Notes: a model not told the origin generated them from the letters alone. A stretch of DNA of 20,000 nt from an uncultured virus (IMG/VR IMGVR_UViG_3300025120_000039) (IMGVR_UViG_3300025120_000039); one strand, 5' to 3'; shown: positions 8,058 through 17,004, counted from the first letter of the stretch. Numbers and translations: made by a program.

Positions 8058-8871
8058 TATTGCTTGTTTTTATAAGTTCAATTTGTAAAAAACCATTAAC
8101 CCACATTACAGTTGCCTTATCTCCGGGCTTATAATTATTAAAATCCTTAACTATCCTTTCAATACTATTTTCTGATTTTGGCACCTGATTAAAGGATGTG
8201 TTATTCAACTTTCTTCTTAAACTTTCTTCGTTCTTTCGTATGTATGAATAATGATGCATTTTTATATCCCTTCTATTAAAAATATGAAAATCTTTGCAAT
8301 CAATAGTTCTAGTAGGGTCTAGTATCAAAGGGGTTAAGCCTACACCATAGTTTCTCTCATCACATTTAACTATAAAAGACATATATCCCAAGTTCATAGT
8401 TCTTTGCTTGGTTTCTTTCATAAAATTTTTCTGAGAAATAATCAGATTTCTGTTTTTGTAATAATTATCATAAGAAACATAGGTTGTATCATAATCATTT
8501 TCAATTACTTGATTTTTAGCCCATTTAAATTCATCAGGGACAAAAATTTCATCACAATCCATAGTTATATGATGTGAGCAATTTGCCACTTTAACACAAA
8601 TATCTCTTCCAATATTTCTTTTTATTACTTCATTTAACTCTCCCTTGTGCCTTCCCTGTATTTCTTTTGGATTATAGAGGTATAAATAGTCTATTAAGCC
8701 TCTGCTCTTCAAATCATAGAGAAAGGGCTCTAAATCCTCCCTAAACTCTCCAAAATTAGATGTATTCTGATATACAATACATATAAAATCTACACTATCT
8801 CTAATTTTAGTAATTGACTCCTCTAAAAGTTCTTCTCCATCAAAAACATTATAACTTACTCCTAATCTCAT
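8047..8871 (-). CDS. GT-A fold (GT2-like) glycosyltransferase
   Basis: N-terminal YNVFDGEELLEESI..IRDSVD, E..KRN, DxD motif MDCDE, MHHYSY. Confidence 0.75.
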   Translation of the reverse strand: MRLGVSYNVFDGEELLEESITKIRDSVDFICIVYQNTSNFGEFREDLEPFLYDLKSRGLIDYLYLYNPKEIQGRHKGELNEVIKRNIGRDICVKVANCSHHITMDCDEIFVPDEFKWAKNQVIENDYDTTYVSYDNYYKNRNLIISQKNFMKETKQRTMNLGYMSFIVKCDERNYGVGLTPLILDPTRTIDCKDFHIFNRRDIKMHHYSYIRKNEESLRRKLNNTSFNQVPKSENSIERIVKDFNNYKPGDKATVMWVNGFLQIELIKTSNNVD

Positions 8872-8872
8872 T

Positions 8873-9277
8873 TTATTGCCTATTTGGATTATCTAAAATT
8901 GAATTTTTTACATTATGTTGAGTAACAACTTCTCCGGTATCTTCTATGTAATATTTATGTTTCTCTTCCATCCCATACTCATTTGTTATTTTCTTTATAG
9001 GAAATCCTTTTCGTTTTACTAATATTATCTTTTCTGCAATTATATCTGTAAAATATCTAGTTGTGTTGTCTTTACCTAATCTAGGGTTACTTCTTATTCT
9101 AAACCATATTTTTACAAAGTCCTCAGCTTTATATTCTTTTTTAACAACATCGGAAAAATGATAGTAAAATAGTATTGATATAAAATATTGCTTTTTGTTT
9201 CTGCTCTTAACTAATACAATATTTGTTATATCCTTAGTTATTTGATTTAAAGAATGTATTTTACCCGATACTATCAT
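8873..9277 (-). CDS. OB-fold single-stranded DNA-binding-like protein
   Basis: MIVSGKI...ISILFY...VKIWFRIRSN...RYFTDIIAEKI resembles the SSB/DUF3127 strand pattern; replication-module context. Confidence 0.55.
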   Translation of the reverse strand: MIVSGKIHSLNQITKDITNIVLVKSRNKKQYFISILFYYHFSDVVKKEYKAEDFVKIWFRIRSNPRLGKDNTTRYFTDIIAEKIILVKRKGFPIKKITNEYGMEEKHKYYIEDTGEVVTQHNVKNSILDNPNRQ

Positions 9278-9278
9278 A

Positions 9279-9680
9279 TTATCTTTTCATAATTTCATCT
9301 AATTCCAAATGTGGACATTCATAATGCTTATTTAATTTATCAATAAAAGAAGTTTCTTTTCCGCAAATTTCACATTGATTTTGAGGGATTAATTTTACAT
9401 ACAATGATAATATGGTTTCTATATCAGATTTGTTTATTACCATCCCATCATCGCTTTCTGTGATAAATTCTCTCATAGGTACTTCAAGAGAATCCATTAC
9501 AAATTTATTAAAATAGGCTATTGGACATATTTTATCTTTTTTTATTTGTGCCTTATCATTGCTTATAGCCCAAAATATTCGCCACAATTCTTTTTTTTCA
9601 TCTGCTAATTGCTCAAACCTCTCCCACTCAGGTATTCCAATCTCTTTATTTATTATTACTGTTAACCTCGATTCACTCAT
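9279..9680 (-). CDS. hypothetical protein with C-terminal CxxC..H..C..H putative Zn site
   Basis: CEICGKETSFIDKLNKHYECPH. Confidence 0.7.
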   Translation of the reverse strand: MSESRLTVIINKEIGIPEWERFEQLADEKKELWRIFWAISNDKAQIKKDKICPIAYFNKFVMDSLEVPMREFITESDDGMVINKSDIETILSLYVKLIPQNQCEICGKETSFIDKLNKHYECPHLELDEIMKR

Positions 9681-10527
9681 TATTCATTTTTTTAGTTATC
9701 TCTTCTTCCAAAGATAAATTATTTTCTAAAATAAATTCATAATAATGAAACAAACCTAAATTCTTACATATTCTAATTACTTTATCCTGTTTTCCGGAAG
9801 CATCATTTAATATATCTTCAATCTGATTAGCAAACTCATTTTTTAAGTGCTTCTGTTTTTCATTTAGTTTCTTTTCTCGTATATCTTCAACCGCCATTTT
9901 TCTAGCCTGTTCTAAGATAATTGCTTTCGTTTCTTTATCAATATCAATTACTCCTAGTTTAGATAGAAAATCATATGCTATATATCCAAAATGGTTATAT
10001 TTTGGCTCTTCTTTAAAATTATCAAAACCCTCTAATATGTTTTCAACTAGCATTTTTATTTTTTCTTCCTCATTTGGCTCTGCGGCTTTTCGTTCCAAGG
10101 CAGCAATTTCATTTCTATAATCAATAATGTATTTCCCATTATATCGCTTGTAAGCATTAATAATTTTAGATATATATATAACACTAAAAGATTGATAATG
10201 GTCTGCCTCGATGTCTAATTTACCTGCCGTAGCCAAACTAAAAGCATTATCTATCTCCATTAATGAGAAACGATAGAAGTGTTCTGCTATATATTCCACA
10301 AGCATTCTAATTTCATCATCAGTAGGTAAGGGCTTAACTCCTGTTAATACCGCCCACTTAATAATTAATTTGTGAAGATTTTGAAATTGCTCATTTTTAT
10401 CTTCAGCATCAAAAAATGTTGCTATTTTTCTGTCAAAATATGCCTGTACTATTTTTTTATTTTCGGGTGTCCAATCCTGTATAATCTGTGGTTGAAGCCC
10501 CTTTGACTGCGTTACTAATTTGTTCAT
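9673..10527 (-). CDS. hypothetical protein, putative replication partner (helicase loader-like) of Bacteroidota phages
   Basis: FSLMEIDNAFSLATAGKLD..HYQSFSVIYISKIINAY resembles genes that follow initiator genes in Bacteroidota phages; position. Confidence 0.5.
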   Translation of the reverse strand: MNKLVTQSKGLQPQIIQDWTPENKKIVQAYFDRKIATFFDAEDKNEQFQNLHKLIIKWAVLTGVKPLPTDDEIRMLVEYIAEHFYRFSLMEIDNAFSLATAGKLDIEADHYQSFSVIYISKIINAYKRYNGKYIIDYRNEIAALERKAAEPNEEEKIKMLVENILEGFDNFKEEPKYNHFGYIAYDFLSKLGVIDIDKETKAIILEQARKMAVEDIREKKLNEKQKHLKNEFANQIEDILNDASGKQDKVIRICKNLGLFHYYEFILENNLSLEEEITKKMNNE

Positions 10528-11182
10528 ATCTCTGTTTTTGTTTTTTATTAATTGGTTGTTCTTTTAATTTCATTAAAATATTTGATAAACTTGAGTTTAT
10601 ATCAGATAGCTTTACCCTATTGCGATTATAATCATCTAACTTATTCCAATTGTTAAGAATATATTCCCAACTTAAAAGCACATTTTCATCTAACTCTAAA
10701 TCATTTAAATCTGAATTCTTCTTTTTACATTGCTTGTTCAAAAATTGAATAATAGATTTCATTGCTTTTCCCTGCATACCATCCATCTTACTTCCTACAC
10801 CGGTATGTAAAGTGCAAAAACCATCATATTTATCTACCATTTTAGCATATAGAGTGTTGGTCTTTGGCTTTGCTCTTTTAGAAACCGTTTTGGGTTCACT
10901 TTTAGACCGTTTACGAACCACTTTGGGTTCACTAACAACATCTAACAATCTGATGTGTAATGAGTTAGAAATCCATTTATAATCCATTTCCAAACCACTA
11001 ACTGACACACCATAGTCCACAATTCTTTTTAAAGTTGATTTAGGAACCTTATATTTTGAAGATATTTCATACAAATATATAATCGCCCTGTTATCATCAT
11101 CAAGGCGAGAGAATATATAAGCCCATACTAACACATAGTTATTGGGTTTAGATATTAGTTTTTGTATAAATTTATTATTCAA
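10457..11182 (-). CDS. putative phage replication initiator (N-terminal wHTH, basic linker, C-terminal helical domain)
   Basis: TTG start; LYEISSKYKVPKSTLKRIV HTH-like; basic repeat-containing linker; lambda O-like layout. Confidence 0.5.
   Translation of the reverse strand: MNNKFIQKLISKPNNYVLVWAYIFSRLDDDNRAIIYLYEISSKYKVPKSTLKRIVDYGVSVSGLEMDYKWISNSLHIRLLDVVSEPKVVRKRSKSEPKTVSKRAKPKTNTLYAKMVDKYDGFCTLHTGVGSKMDGMQGKAMKSIIQFLNKQCKKKNSDLNDLELDENVLLSWEYILNNWNKLDDYNRNRVKLSDINSSLSNILMKLKEQPINKKQKQRYEQISNAVKGASTTDYTGLDTRK
10889..10933. repeat. direct repeat tttgggttcact x2 (33-bp period), iteron-like
   Basis: Exact 12-mers at 10889-10900 and 10922-10933, each preceded by aacc. Confidence 0.7.
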
Positions 11183-11205
11183 GGGTTGGTGTGTTTAGAT
11201 AGGTG

Positions 11206-11589
11206 TTAGAGTTCTTCAAGCGAAGATTCATCTTCCTTAAACAATACATTATTTATTACGATTTCCATATTATCTTTCATTTGCTCTTTATTAGAAGGTA
11301 TAGTTGCAGAATCTAGGGTTTCAGTTCTTTTTTCAAGACCTTTTAGATACTCCGGCTTTAATAATTCCATATCTAAACTATCAGACTCAACTATTGATTG
11401 AGGTTTTACCTTTAAGACATTGCATATTTTAACCAATGTGATAATATGATAATTTAATTTTTTTCCGTTAACTATCTCACTTAATGCATATTGACCGATA
11501 GGAGTTTCATAAATCTTTGCTATTTTATCATAAAGTTTCTTTTGTGATATATTTCTTTTCTTTAATAGCTTCTTTAATTTAGTTTCCAT
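11206..11589 (-). CDS. Cro/C1-type HTH transcriptional regulator (HTH_26-like)
   Basis: LKKLLKKRNISQKKLY...LSEIVNGK...TLVKICNVLKVKPQSIV. Confidence 0.85.
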   Translation of the reverse strand: METKLKKLLKKRNISQKKLYDKIAKIYETPIGQYALSEIVNGKKLNYHIITLVKICNVLKVKPQSIVESDSLDMELLKPEYLKGLEKRTETLDSATIPSNKEQMKDNMEIVINNVLFKEDESSLEEL

Positions 11590-11590
11590 A

Positions 11591-11956
11591 TTATTTACTT
11601 TTATTTTTATCTGATTTTATGTTTTCAAATGTGAATAATTTGTCATCATCTCCTTTATTGTGAGATTCTAACATTTTCTTTTGCTTCTCTTCAAATTCCT
11701 CTTTAGTAAGTTTTCTTTCTACTTTTTTATATTCTTTAGATTTCTCTTCTAAGACATTATGGTCTATTTTTTCTAGTGTTTCCAATACAAATGTCATATA
11801 CTCAGTTTGTATAGCATATAGCTTACCCTCTTTGTTCCTGAAAGGAAATGTATTGCTTTTAGCTTTTATAGCTTTATTGTAAACATTTATTAATTCCTCA
11901 TAATTATCTTCCGTAATATTTAGACCTATTTTAAGTTCAAATTCTCTTTTCTTCAT
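11591..11956 (-). CDS. hypothetical protein; N-terminus paralogous to 13412..13582
   Basis: ITEDNYEELINVYNKA..NTFPF. Confidence 0.75.
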   Translation of the reverse strand: MKKREFELKIGLNITEDNYEELINVYNKAIKAKSNTFPFRNKEGKLYAIQTEYMTFVLETLEKIDHNVLEEKSKEYKKVERKLTKEEFEEKQKKMLESHNKGDDDKLFTFENIKSDKNKSK

Positions 11957-11978
11957 TTTTGTTTTTTTATTGATTTTA

Positions 11979-11986
11979 CAAATATA
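11979..11986 (-). promoter_or_regulatory. Bacteroidota-type -7 promoter element TATATTTG
   Basis: Exact TAnnTTTG in the intergenic gap, followed by A-rich leader AAAAAAACAAAAATG. Confidence 0.65.
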
Positions 11987-12010
11987 ACATTTATTTTTAA
12001 AAATAATATT

Positions 12011-12322
12011 TTATTCTTGTTTGATTCGTTCTAATTCACTTTTAAATACTAATTCTCCCAATTCAATATTGCAACCTGTTTTAATTTTACCGTAATATGC
12101 CGGTTCGGTTAAATTGAATATATCATCCGACACCTGTCTTAGCATAAATGCTAGAACTGCCGGTACATATTGTCTATTTCTCCATTTATCTCCAAATACT
12201 TCATAATCTCTTCTTAAAAGATGAATTTTAGGATTTTCATCTCCATATTTATCTTTAAAATATTGACTTTTTGTTTTAATTCTGTAAACACCTTCTTTTT
12301 GAATTTTTAATTTATTTTTCAT
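12011..12322 (-). CDS. hypothetical phage protein (103 aa)
   Basis: ORF track; overlaps upstream gene. Confidence 0.75.
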   Translation of the reverse strand: MKNKLKIQKEGVYRIKTKSQYFKDKYGDENPKIHLLRRDYEVFGDKWRNRQYVPAVLAFMLRQVSDDIFNLTEPAYYGKIKTGCNIELGELVFKSELERIKQE

Positions 12323-12530
12323 CTCCTTTTGATATTTTTAAAGATATATAATTTAACGACTTATTAAGCATACTTTTGTATTTATACTCTGTCAATACAT
12401 TAACTAAAAAATCTTGAGATATTACATCAATTGGACTTGATTCTCCTATAAAACAAGATGATTGTTTCATTTCTTGTTCTAATATCATATGTTCTAATAT
12501 GTCTTTTGGTATATCTATCTCTATTTTCAT
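12312..12530 (-). CDS. hypothetical protein (72 aa)
   Basis: ATGA overlap with rmlB stop. Confidence 0.7.
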   Translation of the reverse strand: MKIEIDIPKDILEHMILEQEMKQSSCFIGESSPIDVISQDFLVNVLTEYKYKSMLNKSLNYISLKISKGDEK

Positions 12531-13405
12531 AATATTTCTTTAATGAATTCAAATAAGGATTTAGTTATTTTAGGTTTTTGAAAATGTGTTCCTAGAGTAT
12601 ATCTAACATCGTGACCTAATCTATCTTCTACATATTTAAACTGTGCCGGTTTTTTGAGCAAATCACCTATGTATTCTATAATATCAATATTTTGCATTGT
12701 ATCTCCACTACCAATATTAAATGTCCCCAATTCGTGAAGCATTAATTCAAATACTTGATTTACATTATCTTCAACCCAAATCCACTCTCTTACCTGCTTA
12801 CCATCTCCATAAATAGGAATTGGCATACCTTCTTTTAGATAGTGCATAATTTTAGGTATGAACTTTTCTTTATGTTGTTTAATACCAAAATTATTGCAAG
12901 TTCTAGTAATCACATAAGGAATACCATAAGTATGACCACAACTATATACAAGCATATCTGCTGATGCTTTAGTAGAAGAATAATAGGATGAAGGATATAA
13001 AATATTTTCTTCATAAGATGCTTCTACATCTAAATTATCTAAATCTCCATAAACTTCATCGGTTGATATTTGAACAAACTTTTTAAGATTTTTATTCTTT
13101 CTTGCTAACTCAAGAAGATTAAATGTTCCTTCAACATTGGATTTTAAAAATGGCTTTCCATCTTTTATAGAACTATCTACAGATGATTCTGCTGCGAAAT
13201 TTACTAAGTATTCATAATTTCCCAAATCTTCTGCTCTAACATCACATATATCCTTTACAAGTAATGGTGTGTCTTTGGGTATATTTGATTTGTTTGCGGC
13301 ATAAGTCAACTTATCTACCACTAAAACCTCATATCCTTCTTTTAAACATAAATTTACGAATGATGAACCAATAAATCCACATCCTCCTGTTATGACTATT
13401 TTCAT
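12527..13405 (-). CDS. rfbB: dTDP-glucose 4,6-dehydratase
   Basis: ITGGCGFIG, DKLTYA, FAAESSVDSSI, ISTDEVYG, YSSTK, GDGKQVREW, DRLGHDVRY. Confidence 0.93.
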   Translation of the reverse strand: MKIVITGGCGFIGSSFVNLCLKEGYEVLVVDKLTYAANKSNIPKDTPLLVKDICDVRAEDLGNYEYLVNFAAESSVDSSIKDGKPFLKSNVEGTFNLLELARKNKNLKKFVQISTDEVYGDLDNLDVEASYEENILYPSSYYSSTKASADMLVYSCGHTYGIPYVITRTCNNFGIKQHKEKFIPKIMHYLKEGMPIPIYGDGKQVREWIWVEDNVNQVFELMLHELGTFNIGSGDTMQNIDIIEYIGDLLKKPAQFKYVEDRLGHDVRYTLGTHFQKPKITKSLFEFIKEIL

Positions 13406-13411
13406 TTTGTA

Positions 13412-13582
13412 TTATTTTTTCGATTGTGTCTTTAATTTATAAAATTCAATAAAATATTTTGCGAAATCTGTAACTACTTCCTTTCCATAAAACATAAAAG
13501 TTTTCACTCCCGTATGTTTTGCTTTTTTATATAATTTGAGAAATTCTTCATAGTTATCATTTGTAAGGTGTGTTTGATTCAT
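13412..13582 (-). CDS. small hypothetical protein (56 aa), absent from the ORF track
   Basis: MNQTHLTNDNYEEFLKLYKKAKHTGVKTFMFYGKEVVTDFAKYFIEFYKLKTQSKK; fills the rmlD-rmlB gap. Confidence 0.8.
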   Translation of the reverse strand: MNQTHLTNDNYEEFLKLYKKAKHTGVKTFMFYGKEVVTDFAKYFIEFYKLKTQSKK

Positions 13583-13584
13583 AT

Positions 13585-14256
13585 TTATTTATTTAAGAAG
13601 TTATTCATTTTAGTTAAATTCATACTTGTGTCGTAAGGAACATAACTAGGTTTTTCTATTATTTTTTTGTTTGGAGCAATTTTATATAAATTTTTAGTTC
13701 CTGTTCCAACATTAAGTAGCCCAATTGCATTTTTTTCAATTAATTGTACTAATAAACTAACTATTTTATCTACTGTATCTCCACTTGTAATAACATCCCA
13801 TACTTCATCATATGGAAAAGGGTAAGGCTTGTGAGATAATCTACATATTAAATGATTTGAATTGGTTTGATTTATATATTCATCAGCAAGTAATTTTGTA
13901 TAAGAATACCAATTTTTTGCCGGTATCGGCATTTCATCTTCTGAAGTGACAGGAAGATTATTTGCATAAACATAATCAGTTGAAATATGTATTAATTTTA
14001 TATTCAGCTTTTCACATATATCGCTAAGTTCACAAGCAAATCTATAATTAACTTTATAGTGATTGTCTTTATTTTCAGAATAAGTTTTGGTGTCAGCTAT
14101 ACAATTAATTACTGTTTCATATTGGCTTATTATTTTTGTTAAATCATTTATATTTTCAATATCTAATGAATTTAGCTTTCTTGAGTAAATATCCCAATTA
14201 GTCTGTTTTTTTAATTCAGAACCTAATAATCCATCTCCTAATATTAATTTATTCAT
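13585..14256 (-). CDS. rfbD: dTDP-4-dehydrorhamnose reductase-like SDR
   Basis: LILGDGLLG, VINCIADT, LIHISTDYVY, YSYTK catalytic YxxxK. Confidence 0.8.
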   Translation of the reverse strand: MNKLILGDGLLGSELKKQTNWDIYSRKLNSLDIENINDLTKIISQYETVINCIADTKTYSENKDNHYKVNYRFACELSDICEKLNIKLIHISTDYVYANNLPVTSEDEMPIPAKNWYSYTKLLADEYINQTNSNHLICRLSHKPYPFPYDEVWDVITSGDTVDKIVSLLVQLIEKNAIGLLNVGTGTKNLYKIAPNKKIIEKPSYVPYDTSMNLTKMNNFLNK

Positions 14257-14380
14257 TTATATTTTTATTTGATTTAATCTCTCCGCAATCTTCACATTTT
14301 TCTTTATATGGGGAAATTAAATACCCACATCCACATTTCCATATATTATCAACAATTGATTCAGTTATTATTTTACTCAT
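14249..14380 (-). CDS. small Zn-ribbon protein (43 aa, RanBP2-like WxCxC..CxxC), absent from the ORF track
   Basis: MSKIITESIVDNIWKCGCGYLISPYKEKCEDCGEIKSNKNINE; ATGA overlap upstream and ATGAATAA overlap with the rmlD start. Confidence 0.75.
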   Translation of the reverse strand: MSKIITESIVDNIWKCGCGYLISPYKEKCEDCGEIKSNKNINE

Positions 14381-15042
14381 ATATCCAATTTTAATTGACT
14401 TATGAATAAGGGTTCCACTTTAATATCTGCTCTATTTTTAACACCTGTGTACTCGGTTGCTTTAACTTTTTTTATTTTTAATGCTATTCTCCATATGCTT
14501 TTACAGTCTAATACATCAACAACTTCAACTTTTCTCCAATGACATAATCCCCAAATTGCAAATTGAGTTGTAATTGTTTCTATATTAGGATTGTGCTCTC
14601 CATAATAAGAAATCATATGTGCTCTTGTTATTCCATTTAATATATTTACATATGGTTTGGGCATAGTAACAAACATATATCCATCTTCAATTAGCATAAA
14701 AATATCAGGAAAAAATCTATTTGGAAAACCATATGGGTCTAAGTCAATAATATCATATTTTTTCTTTTCAGAAATCAAACGATGAAACAAAATATAACTA
14801 TCTCCGGTTTTTTTATATTTTTTATCATAAGCATCAACTATTCCAAAATTTTGATAATGTTTAGTTAAATTTTCCCTACCACAAAACAATTCCAAAATGT
14901 TATATTTTTTGTTTTTATCCAAAACACTATAAATTTGATTGATTTTTTGGTCAGGATGATGAACTTCATCAGAATTTTCTTTTTGTTTTTTCCTTACTAC
15001 ATCGTGCCTTAATGCTCTGTATGTTTTGTCCATATTTTTCAT
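14377..15042 (-). CDS. SAM-dependent methyltransferase with DLDPYG motif (Trm1-like/amino-MTase-like)
   Basis: ILELFCG motif I, YDIIDLDPYGFP; start moved to ATG 15042 (ATGA overlap with upstream stop) rather than 15189. Confidence 0.75.
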   Translation of the reverse strand: MKNMDKTYRALRHDVVRKKQKENSDEVHHPDQKINQIYSVLDKNKKYNILELFCGRENLTKHYQNFGIVDAYDKKYKKTGDSYILFHRLISEKKKYDIIDLDPYGFPNRFFPDIFMLIEDGYMFVTMPKPYVNILNGITRAHMISYYGEHNPNIETITTQFAIWGLCHWRKVEVVDVLDCKSIWRIALKIKKVKATEYTGVKNRADIKVEPLFISQLKLDI

Positions 15043-15383
15043 TTTAAAAATATTTGAATACAAATAATAAAAACTGCTAAAATTATACAAAGAAAGGTTT
15101 TCATAGTTATAGCTTCTCCCATATAGTAGTAAGTAAGCCCTGCATATGATAAAATACCTACTGCGAATCCGACAAACTTTATTGACCATAACATTCCATC
15201 AAAATATTGATATAAATATCTTGTAGCATATATAAAACAATAAGAAATTGATGAACCAAATAATATTGATAATAGGAGAGGGTTTTTTTCAAACCACTTC
15301 CAAAGAAATTGCCCATTTGTTTGAAACCAAATAAGTATATTTCCTATAAAAAATAAAGCAAGACCCAAAAATAATTTGTTCAT
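15039..15383 (-). CDS. 4-TM small membrane protein (DMT/SMR-EamA-like)
   Basis: Four hydrophobic helices; YYMGEAITMKTFLCIIL resembles the DMT 'GE.ls' motif. Confidence 0.65.
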   Translation of the reverse strand: MNKLFLGLALFFIGNILIWFQTNGQFLWKWFEKNPLLLSILFGSSISYCFIYATRYLYQYFDGMLWSIKFVGFAVGILSYAGLTYYYMGEAITMKTFLCIILAVFIICIQIFLK

Positions 15384-15384
15384 A

Positions 15385-15669
15385 TTAATTTTCCCTTCTT
15401 TTTAGAAATTGGTCAACAGAAATAGTATTATTATATAAAAACTTCTTTTTATCCAATATTGATTTATATTCTTTTACTAGATTTTTAGATAACTCTTTTA
15501 TCTCATCATATTTTATATATATAGGCATAATAACATCTATAGGTTTTTTCTTTCTATTTTTTTTAATTGAATCCATTAATGCCTTTTTTCTTTTTTTTTC
15601 TGCTTTTATATGTTTTTTATGTAATAAATGAGAATTCGATTTATTTCTTTCTTTTTCCTTTGTCATCAA
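15385..15669 (-). CDS. basic hypothetical protein
   Basis: Lys-rich ORF filling the gap between neighbours. Confidence 0.6.
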   Translation of the reverse strand: MMTKEKERNKSNSHLLHKKHIKAEKKRKKALMDSIKKNRKKKPIDVIMPIYIKYDEIKELSKNLVKEYKSILDKKKFLYNNTISVDQFLKRREN

Positions 15670-16129
15670 TAATATTTGGGTTTTGTTTTATAGTTTGCTT
15701 AGTTATCAAATCTTTTAACTTGGTAGTAGACCAATTATGTGAACGACTTGTGTATATAACTTTTGGTGGCAAATCATCTCCTGTAAACGGGACAGGTTTT
15801 CCATCATTTCCTATATAATCTTCTCCTAATATTCTTACATCAGGCTTCCAAAATTTTATTAGATTATATAATTCTTCTTCGTTTTGATATGTATATACTT
15901 CATCTATATATTTTATAGACATAAGTGCTTTATATCTATCATAAAGAGGTATAACGGGCTTATACTTGCTTTTGCGGTGTTCTGATGGGTCTTTTTGTAA
16001 AAAGACTATAAATCTATCACAATGTCTTTTTGCTTCTTCAAAAGTGATTATATAGCCGGGATGTAGCAAATCAAAGTTTCCGGCAGTAAATCCTAAAATT
16101 TCTTTATTTCTTGAATCCATATTTATCAT
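15641..16129 (-). CDS. TagD-like (glycerol-3-phosphate cytidylyltransferase family) nucleotidyltransferase
   Basis: GFTAGNFDLLHPGY, LMSIKYIDEV, PDVRILGEDY, RSHNWSTT; true start may be ATG 16120. Confidence 0.85.
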   Translation of the reverse strand: MINMDSRNKEILGFTAGNFDLLHPGYIITFEEAKRHCDRFIVFLQKDPSEHRKSKYKPVIPLYDRYKALMSIKYIDEVYTYQNEEELYNLIKFWKPDVRILGEDYIGNDGKPVPFTGDDLPPKVIYTSRSHNWSTTKLKDLITKQTIKQNPNIIDDKGKRKK

Positions 16130-16985
16130 ATTTATTAATTATAAAAGGTGTGTAATCAGATGTGTAGTTTAATAATATATTATGATTTATATATTTTTCT
16201 TCATTTGCTTTAAAATCATACCATTCTAATTGCCTTGCTTTTAGTCCTGTAAATTCTATATAAAAACTTTTATAATCATATCCGTGTTTATCTAATATTT
16301 CAGTTGCTATTTTTTTCTTATCTCTATCAACATAAACACAGTCAGTCAACCACATATAAAAACTATCTCCTAATGCGTGGGCAATTTCCATCATAACTTC
16401 AGCAACATAATTTATAATAGCCCAATAGAACGGGCTATATTTATTTTTATATTCCCAATTAGTATCAGTTGATTGAAGTTTACCGTTTTTATATGTTTCT
16501 ATAGTTTCGTGTTTATTTAAACTTCCTATACTTGCCAATAAACCCAATTTATTTTCTTTTCTTTTTTCCCAACCCTTTTTATATAAATCTTCATTTATAA
16601 ATCCAAGATTATATGCAGTTTTAAAATAACAAGCATTTATGTCAATGGCATTAGTTAATTCGCTTGGATTTCTATTTATTGCATTTTCTATTTGCATAAA
16701 ATTATATAGAACAAGTTTCGGTCTATATTTAATTTTTGGAATTGGTTGTTTACTTTCTATATAATTATCTATATTTCTGCGAACTGCATTTACCATATGA
16801 ACTCCGGGAAGTATATCACTTTTTTGATGACCAAAATATAATCTTTTACTTTTATCATCTTTTTGGTTAAATATAATTTTCCGTGTGAGTCCACTACTCA
16901 CAACTTGAAAACTTGTCTTATTATCTTGTAATTTATTTAAATCAGTTTCAAACCTATTTAAATAACCTCCCCTTACAGTTGTCAT
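16104..16985 (-). CDS. stand-alone family-B DNA polymerase-like palm/fingers protein (no exonuclease domain)
   Basis: Motif A-like AIDINACYF, motif B-like K..LLASIGSL, motif C-like YMWLTDCVYV; only 293 aa. Confidence 0.6.
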   Translation of the reverse strand: MTTVRGGYLNRFETDLNKLQDNKTSFQVVSSGLTRKIIFNQKDDKSKRLYFGHQKSDILPGVHMVNAVRRNIDNYIESKQPIPKIKYRPKLVLYNFMQIENAINRNPSELTNAIDINACYFKTAYNLGFINEDLYKKGWEKRKENKLGLLASIGSLNKHETIETYKNGKLQSTDTNWEYKNKYSPFYWAIINYVAEVMMEIAHALGDSFYMWLTDCVYVDRDKKKIATEILDKHGYDYKSFYIEFTGLKARQLEWYDFKANEEKYINHNILLNYTSDYTPFIINKYDKYGFKK

Positions 16986-17004
16986 ATAAAATTTATATAA
17001 AAAG

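Noticed and set aside
15043..15189. N-terminal extension of the methyltransferase ORF to 15189
   Set aside because: Overlaps the membrane-protein gene by ~150 nt; ATG 15042 gives a clean ATGA coupling
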